Origin: Gammaproteobacteria bacterium
GTDB lineage: Bacteria; Pseudomonadota; Gammaproteobacteria; UBA4575
DNA: 64,000 nucleotides
Direction of reading: 5' to 3'
Assembly: GCA_965203475.1 (NCBI GenBank)
Contig: OZ241890.1
Coordinates: 1,873,448 to 1,937,447 of the forward strand
A model generated the notes under the pieces. That model was not told the origin of the DNA and did no database searches. It saw only the letters and a list, made by a program, of their open reading frames with translations. This document shows positions 49,103-58,735 of the stretch, piece after piece. The position numbers and the translations under genes were made by a program. Within the stretch, counting starts at the first letter, position 1. Each line of letters starts with the position of its first letter.

Positions 49103-50586
49103 TGCTCTCACATCAGCTACCGATCTTACAAGTAGTGATTCCGCTATTAGCGGCACCCTTATGCTTTTTACTCTCTAACGGCAGAATCGCCTGGCTTTTT
49201 ACTACACTGGTAAGTGTAATTACATTTGTAGTCTCTATATTATTAGTTGTACAGATTCACAACGTTGGCATTCTTTCTTATGCGCTAGGAGGCTGGCCTC
49301 CACCATGGGGCATTGCATATCACATTGACCACCTAAGTGCTTATGTATTAATTATTGTATCTTTTATCGCCTGTCTCACACTTTTTGCAGGTAGAGAAAG
49401 CATTGAAAACGAAATTCCTTCAGAAAAATTAGGAATTTTTTATTCTGCATTTTTACTATGCATCACAGGTCTGCTTGGAATTGTTGCCACCGGTGACGCA
49501 TTTAATATTTTTGTTTTTCTAGAAATTAGTTCTTTATCATCTTATGCCTTAATCGCTATGGGACAAGACCGAAGAAGTCTAACTGCTTCATATCAATATT
49601 TAATCATGGGCACTATAGGTGCCACCATGATTTTAATCGGTATTGGTTTGTTATATATGCTTACTGGTACTCTAAATATTTTGGATTTACAGTCTAAAGT
49701 TCCTGCGTTAATTGAATCTCGAACCTTACACGCCGCATTTGCCTTTTTTACAGTCGGCATTTCATTAAAAATGGCTTTATTCCCACTGCATTTATGGTTA
49801 CCCAATGCCTACGCATTTGCCCCTTCCATGGTTACTGTATTTTTATCCGCCACCGCGACCAAAGTTTCCTTATATGTATTGTTTAGATTCTTTTTTGGAT
49901 TATTTTCAGATGAAATTTCTTTTGGCCACTTTTTCCTAGATAAAATTTTATTACCACTTTCAGTAATCGCAATTTTAACAGCATCGTTTGTTGCAATTTT
50001 CCAAGACAATATTAAACGCATGTTTGCCTATTCCAGTGTTGCACAAATTGGTTATATGACTTTGGGCATTGGACTAGGCACTAGCAGTGGCAGTGCTGCT
50101 GGATTATTGCATTTATTCAACCATGCCATTATCAAAGGTGGAATTTTCATGGCCATCGCCTGCGTGGTTTTAAAAGTAAAATCCGCTCAATTAGAAGATT
50201 TCACAGGACTAGGCCGTAAAATGCCATGGACCATGGCGGCAATTGTAATGTTAGGACTAGGCCTAATTGGTGTGCCGTTTACAGCAGGCTTTATCAGCAA
50301 ATGGTATTTGCTATTAGCAACCATTGAGCAGCGTCATTGGATTGCGGCTTTCGTGGTTGTAGGGGGTTCGCTGTTGGCGATTTTATATGTTTGGAAAATA
50401 ATTGAGTTTGCCTATTTAAAAACACCCGAACATGAATTCAAAGGTGCGCCCGAAGAAAACATTGAAGCTCCTGTTCAAATTTTAATTCCGTTGTGGATTT
50501 TAGTAACGGCAAGTATCTACTTTGGGCTTGAAACTTCTTTTAGCTATGGGTTTGCCAACACAGCAATTACAAATTTATTTAATTAA
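49102..50586 (+). CDS. mrpD: antiporter-like subunit (MrpD/NuoN family), copy 1
   Basis: 494 aa, Proton_antipo_M-type polytopic protein. Confidence 0.8.
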   Translation: MLSHQLPILQVVIPLLAAPLCFLLSNGRIAWLFTTLVSVITFVVSILLVVQIHNVGILSYALGGWPPPWGIAYHIDHLSAYVLIIVSFIACLTLFAGRESIENEIPSEKLGIFYSAFLLCITGLLGIVATGDAFNIFVFLEISSLSSYALIAMGQDRRSLTASYQYLIMGTIGATMILIGIGLLYMLTGTLNILDLQSKVPALIESRTLHAAFAFFTVGISLKMALFPLHLWLPNAYAFAPSMVTVFLSATATKVSLYVLFRFFFGLFSDEISFGHFFLDKILLPLSVIAILTASFVAIFQDNIKRMFAYSSVAQIGYMTLGIGLGTSSGSAAGLLHLFNHAIIKGGIFMAIACVVLKVKSAQLEDFTGLGRKMPWTMAAIVMLGLGLIGVPFTAGFISKWYLLLATIEQRHWIAAFVVVGGSLLAILYVWKIIEFAYLKTPEHEFKGAPEENIEAPVQILIPLWILVTASIYFGLETSFSYGFANTAITNLFN

Positions 50587-52056
50587 ATGACAACGCAGCT
50601 TCTTCAACACTACGAATTCGCGATTTTAATTCCTATAGTGGCGGGATTATTGATTTTGTTGTTAGACAATGCCCCTACGTTACGTGAAGCTATCTCCATT
50701 ATTGCTGGCATTTGTTTGTTTACTTTTGTTTTACTTTTAGTATTCAATAACGAAACGTTTGAAACTCAAACTCTGTTTCCAATTACGTCAGAACTTACGA
50801 TTGCATTTCACTTAGAACCTTTAGGTGAAGTTTTTGCGCTGCTGGCCTCCGGACTGTGGATTGTCACTACGATTTATTCCATCGGTTACATGCGAGGCAA
50901 TAATGAGAAAAATCAAACACGATTTTATTTATTTTTTGCATTGTCAATTGCATCCACCATGGGAATTGCACTTGCCGCAAACTTGATTACGCTATTTATT
51001 TTTTACGAAGCATTAACCTTATGCACATTCCCATTAGTTACCCACAAACAAAATGCTGATGCAAAGTCCGGTGGGCGTGTGTATTTAGGTATTCTGCTCA
51101 GCACTTCCATACTGTTCTTTTTAACTGCAATTGTGATCACCTGGATTCAAGCTGGCAATTTAGATTTTATTCCCGGCGGCATACTCGACGGTAACATTAC
51201 TCAATTCGGTGCCATATTGCTGTTTACCTTGTTTATGTTTGGCGTAGGTAAAGCGGCTTTAATGCCGTTTCATCGTTGGCTTCCTGCCGCAATGGTGGCG
51301 CCTACACCAGTAAGTGCGTTATTACATGCGGTAGCCGTGGTTAAAGCAGGTGTTTTTTCAGTATTAAAAATTTCGGTGTATGTCTTTGGAATCGATTTTA
51401 TGGCGGAGCAGAATGCTTCACAGTGGATTTTATGGATTGCCGTTGCCACTATGTTAATAGCTTCCATCATTGCGCTTAGTAAAGATAACTTTAAATCAAG
51501 GCTTGCCTATTCCACGATTAGTCAACTCTCGTATATTGTTATTGGAGCCGCCCTTGCTAGTCCCATTGCAGCCCTTGGTGCGGCATTACATATCGTCACC
51601 CATGCCTTTGGAAAAATTACCCTGTTTTTTTGTGCGGGTGCGGTATATACCGCAACAAAATTCACACAGGTAAGTCAATTGGATGGATTGGGTCGGCGTA
51701 TGCCGTTCACCTTCTCGGCATATTTAGTTGGCGCCATCAGTATCATTGGGTTACCACCGCTGGTTGGAAGCTGGAGTAAATGGTTTTTAGTCGAGGGAAG
51801 CATAAGTACAGAACATTATATTGTGTTGCTTGCTTTTGGAATCAGCACACTCCTTAATTGTGCTTATTTGTTGCCGATTGCATTGCGTGCATTTTTCTAC
51901 CCCCCTAAAACGGACATGGATAGCTGGGATCCCAATATTAGAGAAGCACCCATCGCCTGTGTAATTCCTTTATGTTTTACTGCATTTTGTACCTTGCTGT
52001 TATTCTTTTACATTGAACCAATTTATGATTTTTTACAGCCAATCTTTGTACCATAA
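50587..52056 (+). CDS. antiporter-like subunit (MrpD/NuoM/N family), copy 2
   Basis: 489 aa, Proton_antipo_M-type, with the motifs WLP.AM.APTPVSALLHA. Confidence 0.8.
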   Translation: MTTQLLQHYEFAILIPIVAGLLILLLDNAPTLREAISIIAGICLFTFVLLLVFNNETFETQTLFPITSELTIAFHLEPLGEVFALLASGLWIVTTIYSIGYMRGNNEKNQTRFYLFFALSIASTMGIALAANLITLFIFYEALTLCTFPLVTHKQNADAKSGGRVYLGILLSTSILFFLTAIVITWIQAGNLDFIPGGILDGNITQFGAILLFTLFMFGVGKAALMPFHRWLPAAMVAPTPVSALLHAVAVVKAGVFSVLKISVYVFGIDFMAEQNASQWILWIAVATMLIASIIALSKDNFKSRLAYSTISQLSYIVIGAALASPIAALGAALHIVTHAFGKITLFFCAGAVYTATKFTQVSQLDGLGRRMPFTFSAYLVGAISIIGLPPLVGSWSKWFLVEGSISTEHYIVLLAFGISTLLNCAYLLPIALRAFFYPPKTDMDSWDPNIREAPIACVIPLCFTAFCTLLLFFYIEPIYDFLQPIFVP

Positions 52057-52062
52057 CAAATT

Positions 52063-52308
52063 ATGAATGACGAAAAAAAATATTGGTTAGATAAACCTAA
52101 AAATATAAACCTAATTGTTTATACCTTGTACATTGTATGCGCAGCTTTGTTAGTTGCTGATTTTATCTACCACAAACACAGCTATTTTAATTTTGAAAAC
52201 TGGTTTGGGTTTTATGCCTGGTTTGGTTTCCTTGCCTACACTTTCATTGTGATGAGCGCCAAAATGTTACGCAAACTCATTAAACGTAACGAAGACTATT
52301 ATGACTAG
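52063..52308 (+). CDS. small 2-TM protein embedded in the Mrp-like cluster
   Basis: 81 aa. It overlaps the next ORF by 8 nt, so it is translationally coupled. Confidence 0.5.
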   Translation: MNDEKKYWLDKPKNINLIVYTLYIVCAALLVADFIYHKHSYFNFENWFGFYAWFGFLAYTFIVMSAKMLRKLIKRNEDYYD

Positions 52309-53998
52309 CCTGTTATTACATCCCGCATTAGTTTTAATTGCAGGCGGCTTTCTACTACCACTTATTCCAGCATGGTTTAGGAAATTTTATTTATTATTGT
52401 TGCCTATTTTAGGTCTTGCATCGTTACTCAACATAGAGTTTGGAAACTATGGAAACTGGCAATTATTTTCATACCAACTATCACTGATCAGATTAGACTC
52501 TTTAAGTTTTGTATTTGCTTTAATTTTTCATTTAGCTCTAATCATTGTTGCTCTGTACTCATGGCAAGAAGAAGATCGCTTACAACTTGCTAGTATTTTT
52601 GTGTATGCCGGTGGCGCGATCGGTGCAGTACTGTCCGGCGATTTAATTACTTTATTTGTATTTTGGGAAATCACGGCCATTTCCTCCGCCTTATTAATTT
52701 GGGCCAATAAAACTAAGAAAGCTATGCGAGCCGGACAACGCTATTTCATTATTCATGTCACCTCCGGATTATTTTTATTAGCCGGTTGCATACTTCAGGC
52801 ACAGACAACAGGTTCTATTGAATTTAATCACATTGGTATTGATTCTCTGGCCGGCTGGTTAATCTTGATTGCGTTCGGCATCAAGTGTGCGTTTCCGTTT
52901 TTGCACAACTGGCTACAAGACGCCTATCCAGAAGCCAGCGTGATTGGAACGGTTGCATTATCTGTGTACACCACAAAACTTGCGGTATATGCACTGGCTC
53001 GTGGTTATGCCGGTACTGAATTACTGATTTGGGTGGGTGCCATCATGACGGCATTCCCTATCTTCTTTGCAGTGATTGAAAATAATTTACGACGTGTGTT
53101 GTCCTATAGTTTGAACAATCAATTGGGTTTCATGGTGGTGGGTGTAGGCATCGGAACCGAGTTAGCACTAAATGGTACGGCAGCCCATGCTTTTTCACAT
53201 ATTTTATATAAAGCATTGTTGTTTATGTGTATGGGAGCTGTGTTGCATCGTGTCGGCACCATGAAAGCATCTGAACTTGGTGGTTTATATAAATCTATGC
53301 CATGGACCGCGGGCTTTTGCATCATCGGTTCTTTATCCATCTCGGCCTTTCCACTCTTCAGTGGATTCATCTCCAAAGCCATGGTGTTAAGTGCTGCGGC
53401 AGGCGAAGGTTATTGGTTGATTTGGTTGATCTTATTGTTTGCATCCGCCGGTGTGCTAGATCATTCAGGAATTAAAATTCCTTTCTTTACATTTTTTGCA
53501 CACGACAGTGGTAAACGTTGTGATGAAGCACCCTTTAACATGCTATTGGCGATGGGGACCACAGCTGCATTGTGTATCGGTATAGGCATAAACCCGGGAA
53601 TTCTTTATAAAATTTTACCCTACGCGGTGGACTATGCTCCATACACAGCTACTCATGTCATCACGCAACTCCAATTATTAATGTTTTCAGCATTAGCCTT
53701 TGCTGTTTTGTATCGCAGCAAACTTTATCCGCCAGAAATTCCGTCTGTAAATCTGGATTTTGATTGGTTATATCGTAAACCCGGTGCGTATGTGATGCGA
53801 CAATTTGCTTACTTGATTACTCAAAGTGAAAAAATGCTGATTAGCACTTTGAAAAAATTTACCTTCATTACCAGTTCACGATTGCAGAAACATCATGGCC
53901 CTCAAGGTGTATTGGCAAAAACCTGGCCGACGGGAAGCATGGTGTTATGGGTAGCGTTTTTACTGGGTGCATATTTAATTTTTTATTATCTATACTGA
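52301..53998 (+). CDS. antiporter-like subunit (MrpA/D/NuoL-like), copy 3
   Basis: 565 aa, Proton_antipo_M-type polytopic protein with a C-terminal extension. Confidence 0.75.
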   Translation: MTSLLLHPALVLIAGGFLLPLIPAWFRKFYLLLLPILGLASLLNIEFGNYGNWQLFSYQLSLIRLDSLSFVFALIFHLALIIVALYSWQEEDRLQLASIFVYAGGAIGAVLSGDLITLFVFWEITAISSALLIWANKTKKAMRAGQRYFIIHVTSGLFLLAGCILQAQTTGSIEFNHIGIDSLAGWLILIAFGIKCAFPFLHNWLQDAYPEASVIGTVALSVYTTKLAVYALARGYAGTELLIWVGAIMTAFPIFFAVIENNLRRVLSYSLNNQLGFMVVGVGIGTELALNGTAAHAFSHILYKALLFMCMGAVLHRVGTMKASELGGLYKSMPWTAGFCIIGSLSISAFPLFSGFISKAMVLSAAAGEGYWLIWLILLFASAGVLDHSGIKIPFFTFFAHDSGKRCDEAPFNMLLAMGTTAALCIGIGINPGILYKILPYAVDYAPYTATHVITQLQLLMFSALAFAVLYRSKLYPPEIPSVNLDFDWLYRKPGAYVMRQFAYLITQSEKMLISTLKKFTFITSSRLQKHHGPQGVLAKTWPTGSMVLWVAFLLGAYLIFYYLY

Positions 53999-54011
53999 CA
54001 AACTACATTCT

Positions 54012-54452
54012 TTAATGAATGGTTTGTTGAGCACTTTGTTCAGTATCTTTGGTTTGCTCAATACCCGTATGTAATTCTGGGGAAGCATGGTGCAATATCA
54101 TGCGCCAGCCTTGATTTGTATTCGCATATACATTGGTAGCAATAATCTCCGATTGTAATTCGCCATTGATAGATATCGCCTCAATCACATGGTGGATTGC
54201 AAAATCTCCCGCTTCCATGATTTTTATCTGTTTAATCTCAAATTGAATACCGGTTTCGTGCTCAAATATTTGTAACCAGCTTTTGCGTATACGTTCACGA
54301 GTGTCTAATCGCGGTCCGCCAGGGTGAATACAAAAGATTTCTTGATCCTGTGCCCACACATCCATCATCTTATGGATATCCGCACTCTGAAAGGCAATGT
54401 AAAATGCCTCTTCTGCAGAGGAAGAGGATGAAAACGGTTCCGACTCTTTCAT
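54012..54452 (-). CDS. NTF2-fold (SnoaL/DUF4440-like) protein
   Basis: 146 aa with a sequence pattern typical of SnoaL-like domains. Confidence 0.5.
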   Translation of the reverse strand: MKESEPFSSSSSAEEAFYIAFQSADIHKMMDVWAQDQEIFCIHPGGPRLDTRERIRKSWLQIFEHETGIQFEIKQIKIMEAGDFAIHHVIEAISINGELQSEIIATNVYANTNQGWRMILHHASPELHTGIEQTKDTEQSAQQTIH

Positions 54453-54482
54453 AATGATGTTAAATGGTAGCCTGGTAAGTAT

Positions 54483-54824
54483 ATGAGCTTAACTGAAGTA
54501 CAACTCTGTAACCATGATGAAGTACCTGATCCTGGGAGTAAAGGCTTTATTGTCACAGTGAATGAACAAGAGGTACGTTTGTTTATTGTAAAAAGTAAGC
54601 ACAATGTCTATGCCTACATAAATTCCTGTCCCCATACGCTGGGGCCTCTAGACTGGATGCCGGATAATTTTCTCGATGAAGATAAAAAATACATTATGTG
54701 CGCTAATCATGGCGCAATGTTTCAAATTGAAGATGGCTTTTGCATTTATGGCCCCTGTAAAAGCCAAAGCCTAAAGCAATTAGAATGCATTATTAAAGAC
54801 AACAAAATTGTTGTATTGATTTAA
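54483..54824 (+). CDS. Rieske [2Fe-2S] domain protein
   Basis: 113 aa with CPH...(22 aa)...CANH cluster ligands. Confidence 0.8.
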   Translation: MSLTEVQLCNHDEVPDPGSKGFIVTVNEQEVRLFIVKSKHNVYAYINSCPHTLGPLDWMPDNFLDEDKKYIMCANHGAMFQIEDGFCIYGPCKSQSLKQLECIIKDNKIVVLI

Positions 54825-54829
54825 TCTCA

Positions 54830-55765
54830 ATGCTGCATCGCTTTAATACATTTTTCCCGCTATGGGCGATCTTGTTGTCTATTGTTGCTTTTTATTATCC
54901 ACATTTTTTTATTCCTTATAAGCCCACCATTATCTACTTACTTGCACTGGTAATGTTTGGCATGGGGATTACATTACAACCAAAAGATTTTTTAAAACTT
55001 ACACATCTAAAAACAGTAATCATTGTTGGATTATTACTGCAATTTACCGTTATGCCTGCATTGGCATGGCTCATTAGCAAATCATTTAATCTGACGCTAC
55101 CGTTACTTACCGGCATGGTGTTAGTGGGCGCATGCCCTGGAGGTACAGCTTCTAATGTCATTTGTTATTTAGCACGTGGAAATGTAGCTTTGTCCATTGC
55201 CCTTACAACGTTTTCAACATTACTCGCCGTAATTGCCACACCTTTATTAACCTGGCTATATATTGGACAAAAATTAGATGTGCCTGTAACCAATATGATG
55301 CTAAGTGTTTTTAAAGTAGTGATTCTTCCTGTTGCAGCAGGTGTACTTATAAACTATTTTTTTGCCAAAAAAGTAATGCCTATTATTCGAATATTTCCCA
55401 GCATTTCCGTAATTGCGATCTGTATCATCATCGCCATAATTGTGGCTCTATCGCACAATACTCTACAAACGCTAGCCGTTGTAATTATTGCCGCAGTAAT
55501 GCTGCACAATATTCTGGGTTTACTGCTTGGCTATGGCATCAGCTATGTCTTGGGCTATGATGCGCAAATCCAAAAAACACTTGCAATTGAAGTGGGCATG
55601 CAAAATTCGGGCTTAGCAGTGGCGTTGGCGAATGATTTTTTTAAACCAGTGGCCGCACTCCCTGGCGCCGTTTTCTCAATATGGCATAATCTGTCAGGAT
55701 CATTATTATCGGCTTATTGGTCAAACAAAACGAATAACATAGAGAGTACATCCCATGACTGTTAA
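54830..55765 (+). CDS. bile acid:sodium symporter (BASS) family transporter
   Basis: 311 aa, polytopic, with the motif GACPGGTASNV. Confidence 0.85.
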   Translation: MLHRFNTFFPLWAILLSIVAFYYPHFFIPYKPTIIYLLALVMFGMGITLQPKDFLKLTHLKTVIIVGLLLQFTVMPALAWLISKSFNLTLPLLTGMVLVGACPGGTASNVICYLARGNVALSIALTTFSTLLAVIATPLLTWLYIGQKLDVPVTNMMLSVFKVVILPVAAGVLINYFFAKKVMPIIRIFPSISVIAICIIIAIIVALSHNTLQTLAVVIIAAVMLHNILGLLLGYGISYVLGYDAQIQKTLAIEVGMQNSGLAVALANDFFKPVAALPGAVFSIWHNLSGSLLSAYWSNKTNNIESTSHDC

Positions 55766-56048
55766 TACTTCTATTTCACTCATTGCCGCCATTGTTAGTT
55801 GGGCATTAGCTGTTTTTTTAGTAATGACCCTATTGTCAGGCACTTTCGATACGCGTAGCTGTCAGACTACTTGTGTGAGTTACATATTCTGGTCGTCTTT
55901 TGCTATTGCCATTGTCGGTCTTTTGTTTAGTTTGGGAAGTATTTCAGTGGGACAAGGCAGTGTGATTAAAACACTTTCGATGCTGGCCTTGATTGGTTTG
56001 TGTGGTATTTACATTACAACAATGCTAATCGGCACTTTCGGAATTTAG
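55755..56048 (+). CDS. hypothetical 3-TM membrane protein
   Basis: 97 aa, overlapping the BASS stop by 11 nt. Confidence 0.4.
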   Translation: MTVNTSISLIAAIVSWALAVFLVMTLLSGTFDTRSCQTTCVSYIFWSSFAIAIVGLLFSLGSISVGQGSVIKTLSMLALIGLCGIYITTMLIGTFGI

Positions 56049-56084
56049 AAAATCTAAAATCGTCTACATTGAGCAATTCGATTA

Positions 56085-56405
56085 TTATCGGATTCGCGTG
56101 TTTTTAAATTCAATTGAAGTTACTTGGTCACCAGCAAGTGCGAGTTTACAAATGTACTTATTCATTGATCCGCCATGTAAAGTAATCATCTGCTGATTTT
56201 CAACATTTGCTTTAGATACTGTCGTACGCAAATTATATTGCTTTGCATTCGCTAGGACCTTATTTGAAGAATCTCCCGTTTGCATTTGCTTACATGCTTG
56301 CTCAATCCTATCCGGTTCTAATATCCATGAATCGACTAAAATGCTGCCAATAAATACAACTATGAAACCTATTATAACTTTCCATAATATGCTGGGTTGT
56401 TTCAA
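56085..56405 (-). CDS. hypothetical membrane-anchored protein
   Basis: 106 aa with an N-terminal TM segment. It overlaps the upstream DUF1272 ORF by 4 nt. Confidence 0.4.
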   Translation of the reverse strand: MKQPSILWKVIIGFIVVFIGSILVDSWILEPDRIEQACKQMQTGDSSNKVLANAKQYNLRTTVSKANVENQQMITLHGGSMNKYICKLALAGDQVTSIEFKNTRIR

Positions 56406-56644
56406 CGTTTACATCCTTCCGGTTTATATACTCTTTCAGTCGATGCTGGAAACTTTGCAAGAAAATCTCCCGTTCTACTTGGTCTTTTAGTTAATTCGCC
56501 ACCACAATTTGCACACCGATTGTTAAGAATTGTCTTTGCACATGTTGTACACCAAGTACACTCCATTGAACAGATTAAGGCTTCTGTTGAATCTGGTGGC
56601 AAGTCTTTATCACAACATTCGCAATTTGGTTTTAATAGAAGCAT
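56402..56644 (-). CDS. DUF1272 zinc-ribbon-like protein
   Basis: 80 aa with the motifs KPNCE.CDKDLPP, C.ECT.C..C and CP/ANCGG.L..RP. Confidence 0.7.
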   Translation of the reverse strand: MLLLKPNCECCDKDLPPDSTEALICSMECTWCTTCAKTILNNRCANCGGELTKRPSRTGDFLAKFPASTERVYKPEGCKR

Positions 56645-56737
56645 CTTTATTCTCCTTTTATTGATAGATGAATTTGCATTTCAAATAAAATTAATTAGCC
56701 TATCTATTAATTGAGATTTATAGCATACCATGTATAC

Positions 56738-56753
56738 TGTACCGATCGGTACA
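56738..56753. promoter_or_regulatory. perfect 16-bp palindrome, candidate TetR operator
   Basis: TGTACCGATCGGTACA lies 20 nt upstream of the DUF1348 ATG. The operon contains a TetR regulator. Confidence 0.55.
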
Positions 56754-56772
56754 ATCATAATGGAGAATAACA

Positions 56773-57240
56773 ATGTCTGAAAGACCCCCTTTCCCACCTT
56801 TTAGTGAAGAAGATGCAATCCAAAAAGTACGCATGGCCGAAAATGCCTGGAATTTACAAGACCCTGAGAAAATTGCTATGGCCTATACCGAAGATAGCCG
56901 TTGGCGAAATCGGGCAGAATTTTTTAATGGCCGAGAAGAAATCATCGCCTTTTTAAAACGCAAGTGGGCGAGAGAACTTGATTATCGATTGATTAAAGAA
57001 TTATGGACGTATAACGGAAACCGGATTGCGGTGCGTTTTCAATATGAATATCACGATGACTCGGGCAACTGGTTTCGAGCTCACGGAAATGAAAATTGGG
57101 AATTTGATGAACGTGGACTGATGCGAAGAAGAGAAGCCAGCATTAATGATGTTCCGATTCAAGAGAGTGATCGTAAATTTTTATGGGAACAAGGAGCACG
57201 ACCTGATGATTTTCCTGGATTGACTGACTTAGGACTGTAA
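56773..57240 (+). CDS. DUF1348 (NTF2-fold) protein
   Basis: 155 aa with motifs typical of DUF1348: A..KV..AE.AWN..DP..V...YT.DS.WRNR.EF and WEFD..GLM. Confidence 0.7.
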   Translation: MSERPPFPPFSEEDAIQKVRMAENAWNLQDPEKIAMAYTEDSRWRNRAEFFNGREEIIAFLKRKWARELDYRLIKELWTYNGNRIAVRFQYEYHDDSGNWFRAHGNENWEFDERGLMRRREASINDVPIQESDRKFLWEQGARPDDFPGLTDLGL

Positions 57241-57243
57241 TCA

Positions 57244-57798
57244 ATGCCTGCACAAATTTCTGCACGCAGTGAAATAATTCCAAAGCTTGGAGAAATTTTT
57301 AGAGAGTATGGATATGCTGGTACTTCATTGTCAGAAATAACGACTAAAACCAATCTTGGTAAAAGCAGTTTGTATCACTTTTTCCCAAATGGAAAAGCTG
57401 AAATGGCCGAGGCTGTATTAGATGAAATTGATACATGGTTTACACAAAATATATTTACGCCATTACGTAAATCTAAAGATACTAGTACAAGTATTCAAGT
57501 CATGTTTAAAGCAGTGGATGAGTATTTTCAATCAGGAAATCGTATTTGTTTAATTGGTGCATTTGCTTTAGATAATACTCGTGACCAATTCTTACAAATT
57601 GTGAGTTCATATTTTAAAGAATGGATAACTGCATTAGCGGTAGCACTTAAACGCGCTGGTTATAGTTCGCTTGAGGCTAAAGCACTGGCCGAAGAAATTG
57701 TCATAGGTATTCAAGGTGCGTTAGTGCTGGCAAGATCTCAAAATGACCCAAAAACCTTTACACGTGCTTTAAAAAGATTAAAAAATCGATTGATATAA
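57244..57798 (+). CDS. TetR/AcrR family transcriptional regulator
   Basis: 184 aa with the N-terminal HTH F...GY.GTS...I......GK.SLYHFF..K. Confidence 0.85.
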   Translation: MPAQISARSEIIPKLGEIFREYGYAGTSLSEITTKTNLGKSSLYHFFPNGKAEMAEAVLDEIDTWFTQNIFTPLRKSKDTSTSIQVMFKAVDEYFQSGNRICLIGAFALDNTRDQFLQIVSSYFKEWITALAVALKRAGYSSLEAKALAEEIVIGIQGALVLARSQNDPKTFTRALKRLKNRLI

Positions 57799-57804
57799 AC
57801 AATC

Positions 57805-58575
57805 ATGTCTACCTTTGCAGTGAAAGAGAGTAAAGATTTACAGTCTTTAGAAAAGCAATTATTCAATCACATTCTGTATAGTGCAATTCGTACGGAACAG
57901 CACTTGCAAATTTTTATGCAGCACCATGTATTTGCGGTGTGGGATTTTATGTCTCTCATTAAAGCGGTACAAAATTTGATTGCACCTACCTCTATCCCAT
58001 GGGTGCCATCCAAGAATCCGCAGTTTGTTAACTTTATCAATCAACTCGTTATAGAAGAGGAATCTGATGCCTCTTATCCCACTGCTGACAATGTTCCGAA
58101 AAGTCATTTTGAGCGCTACCTTGATGCAATGGATGAGATTGGTGCAAACACCTATATTATTTCACGGTTTATTAACACACTGCGTAATCATGGGCTAGAA
58201 ACAGCGCTTGAAATTCCAAATATCCCCACAGCTTCAAGAGAATTTATGAACTTTACTTTTGAAATAATCAATAGCCAGCAACCACACCTAATTATTGCAG
58301 TACTTGCATTGGGGAGAGAGAATTTGGTACCTCAATTATTTAGAAGTCTACAAAGAAATTTTTTAGTCGATAAAAATAAAACACCAAATTTGTATACGTA
58401 TTTAGATCATCATATACAACTCGATGAACAGCAGCATGGACCCATAGCAACAAAACTGTTAGCCGAAGTTTGTGCAGAATCATCCATTAAACATACTGAA
58501 GCGATCGAGGTCGCTGAAAAAGCGCTTGTAGCTAGACTAAACTTCTGGGACGGCATCCAACAAGCAATTAAATAA
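57805..58575 (+). CDS. DUF3050 (heme-oxygenase-like fold) protein
   Basis: 256 aa with the motif F.M..HVFAVWDFMSL.K.LQ. Confidence 0.65.
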   Translation: MSTFAVKESKDLQSLEKQLFNHILYSAIRTEQHLQIFMQHHVFAVWDFMSLIKAVQNLIAPTSIPWVPSKNPQFVNFINQLVIEEESDASYPTADNVPKSHFERYLDAMDEIGANTYIISRFINTLRNHGLETALEIPNIPTASREFMNFTFEIINSQQPHLIIAVLALGRENLVPQLFRSLQRNFLVDKNKTPNLYTYLDHHIQLDEQQHGPIATKLLAEVCAESSIKHTEAIEVAEKALVARLNFWDGIQQAIK

Positions 58576-58584
58576 CTTAGTGTG

Positions 58585-58706
58585 AATATGGACGAAGTGC
58601 ATGGTTGTGAGCATAGGGAAAAGCGAATATGAGTCGAATCATGAATGATTCGAACAGATTAATCTTTTCTTTATCGAATGTCCGCTAACGATCCAAAGCG
58701 GACATT
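58585..58706 (+). repeat. repeat copy A4 (diverged full element)
   Basis: It aligns with A1 across gagc.cat.gg...gcgaata.gagt..atca.g.atgat...cagattaat...gctaacga.ccaaagcggacatt. It has a local hairpin gaatgtccgc/gcggacattc, and the internal hairpin is replaced by gaatcat-ga-atgattc. Confidence 0.75.
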
Positions 58707-58735
58707 CGTATTCTATACAACAAATTAATATATTT

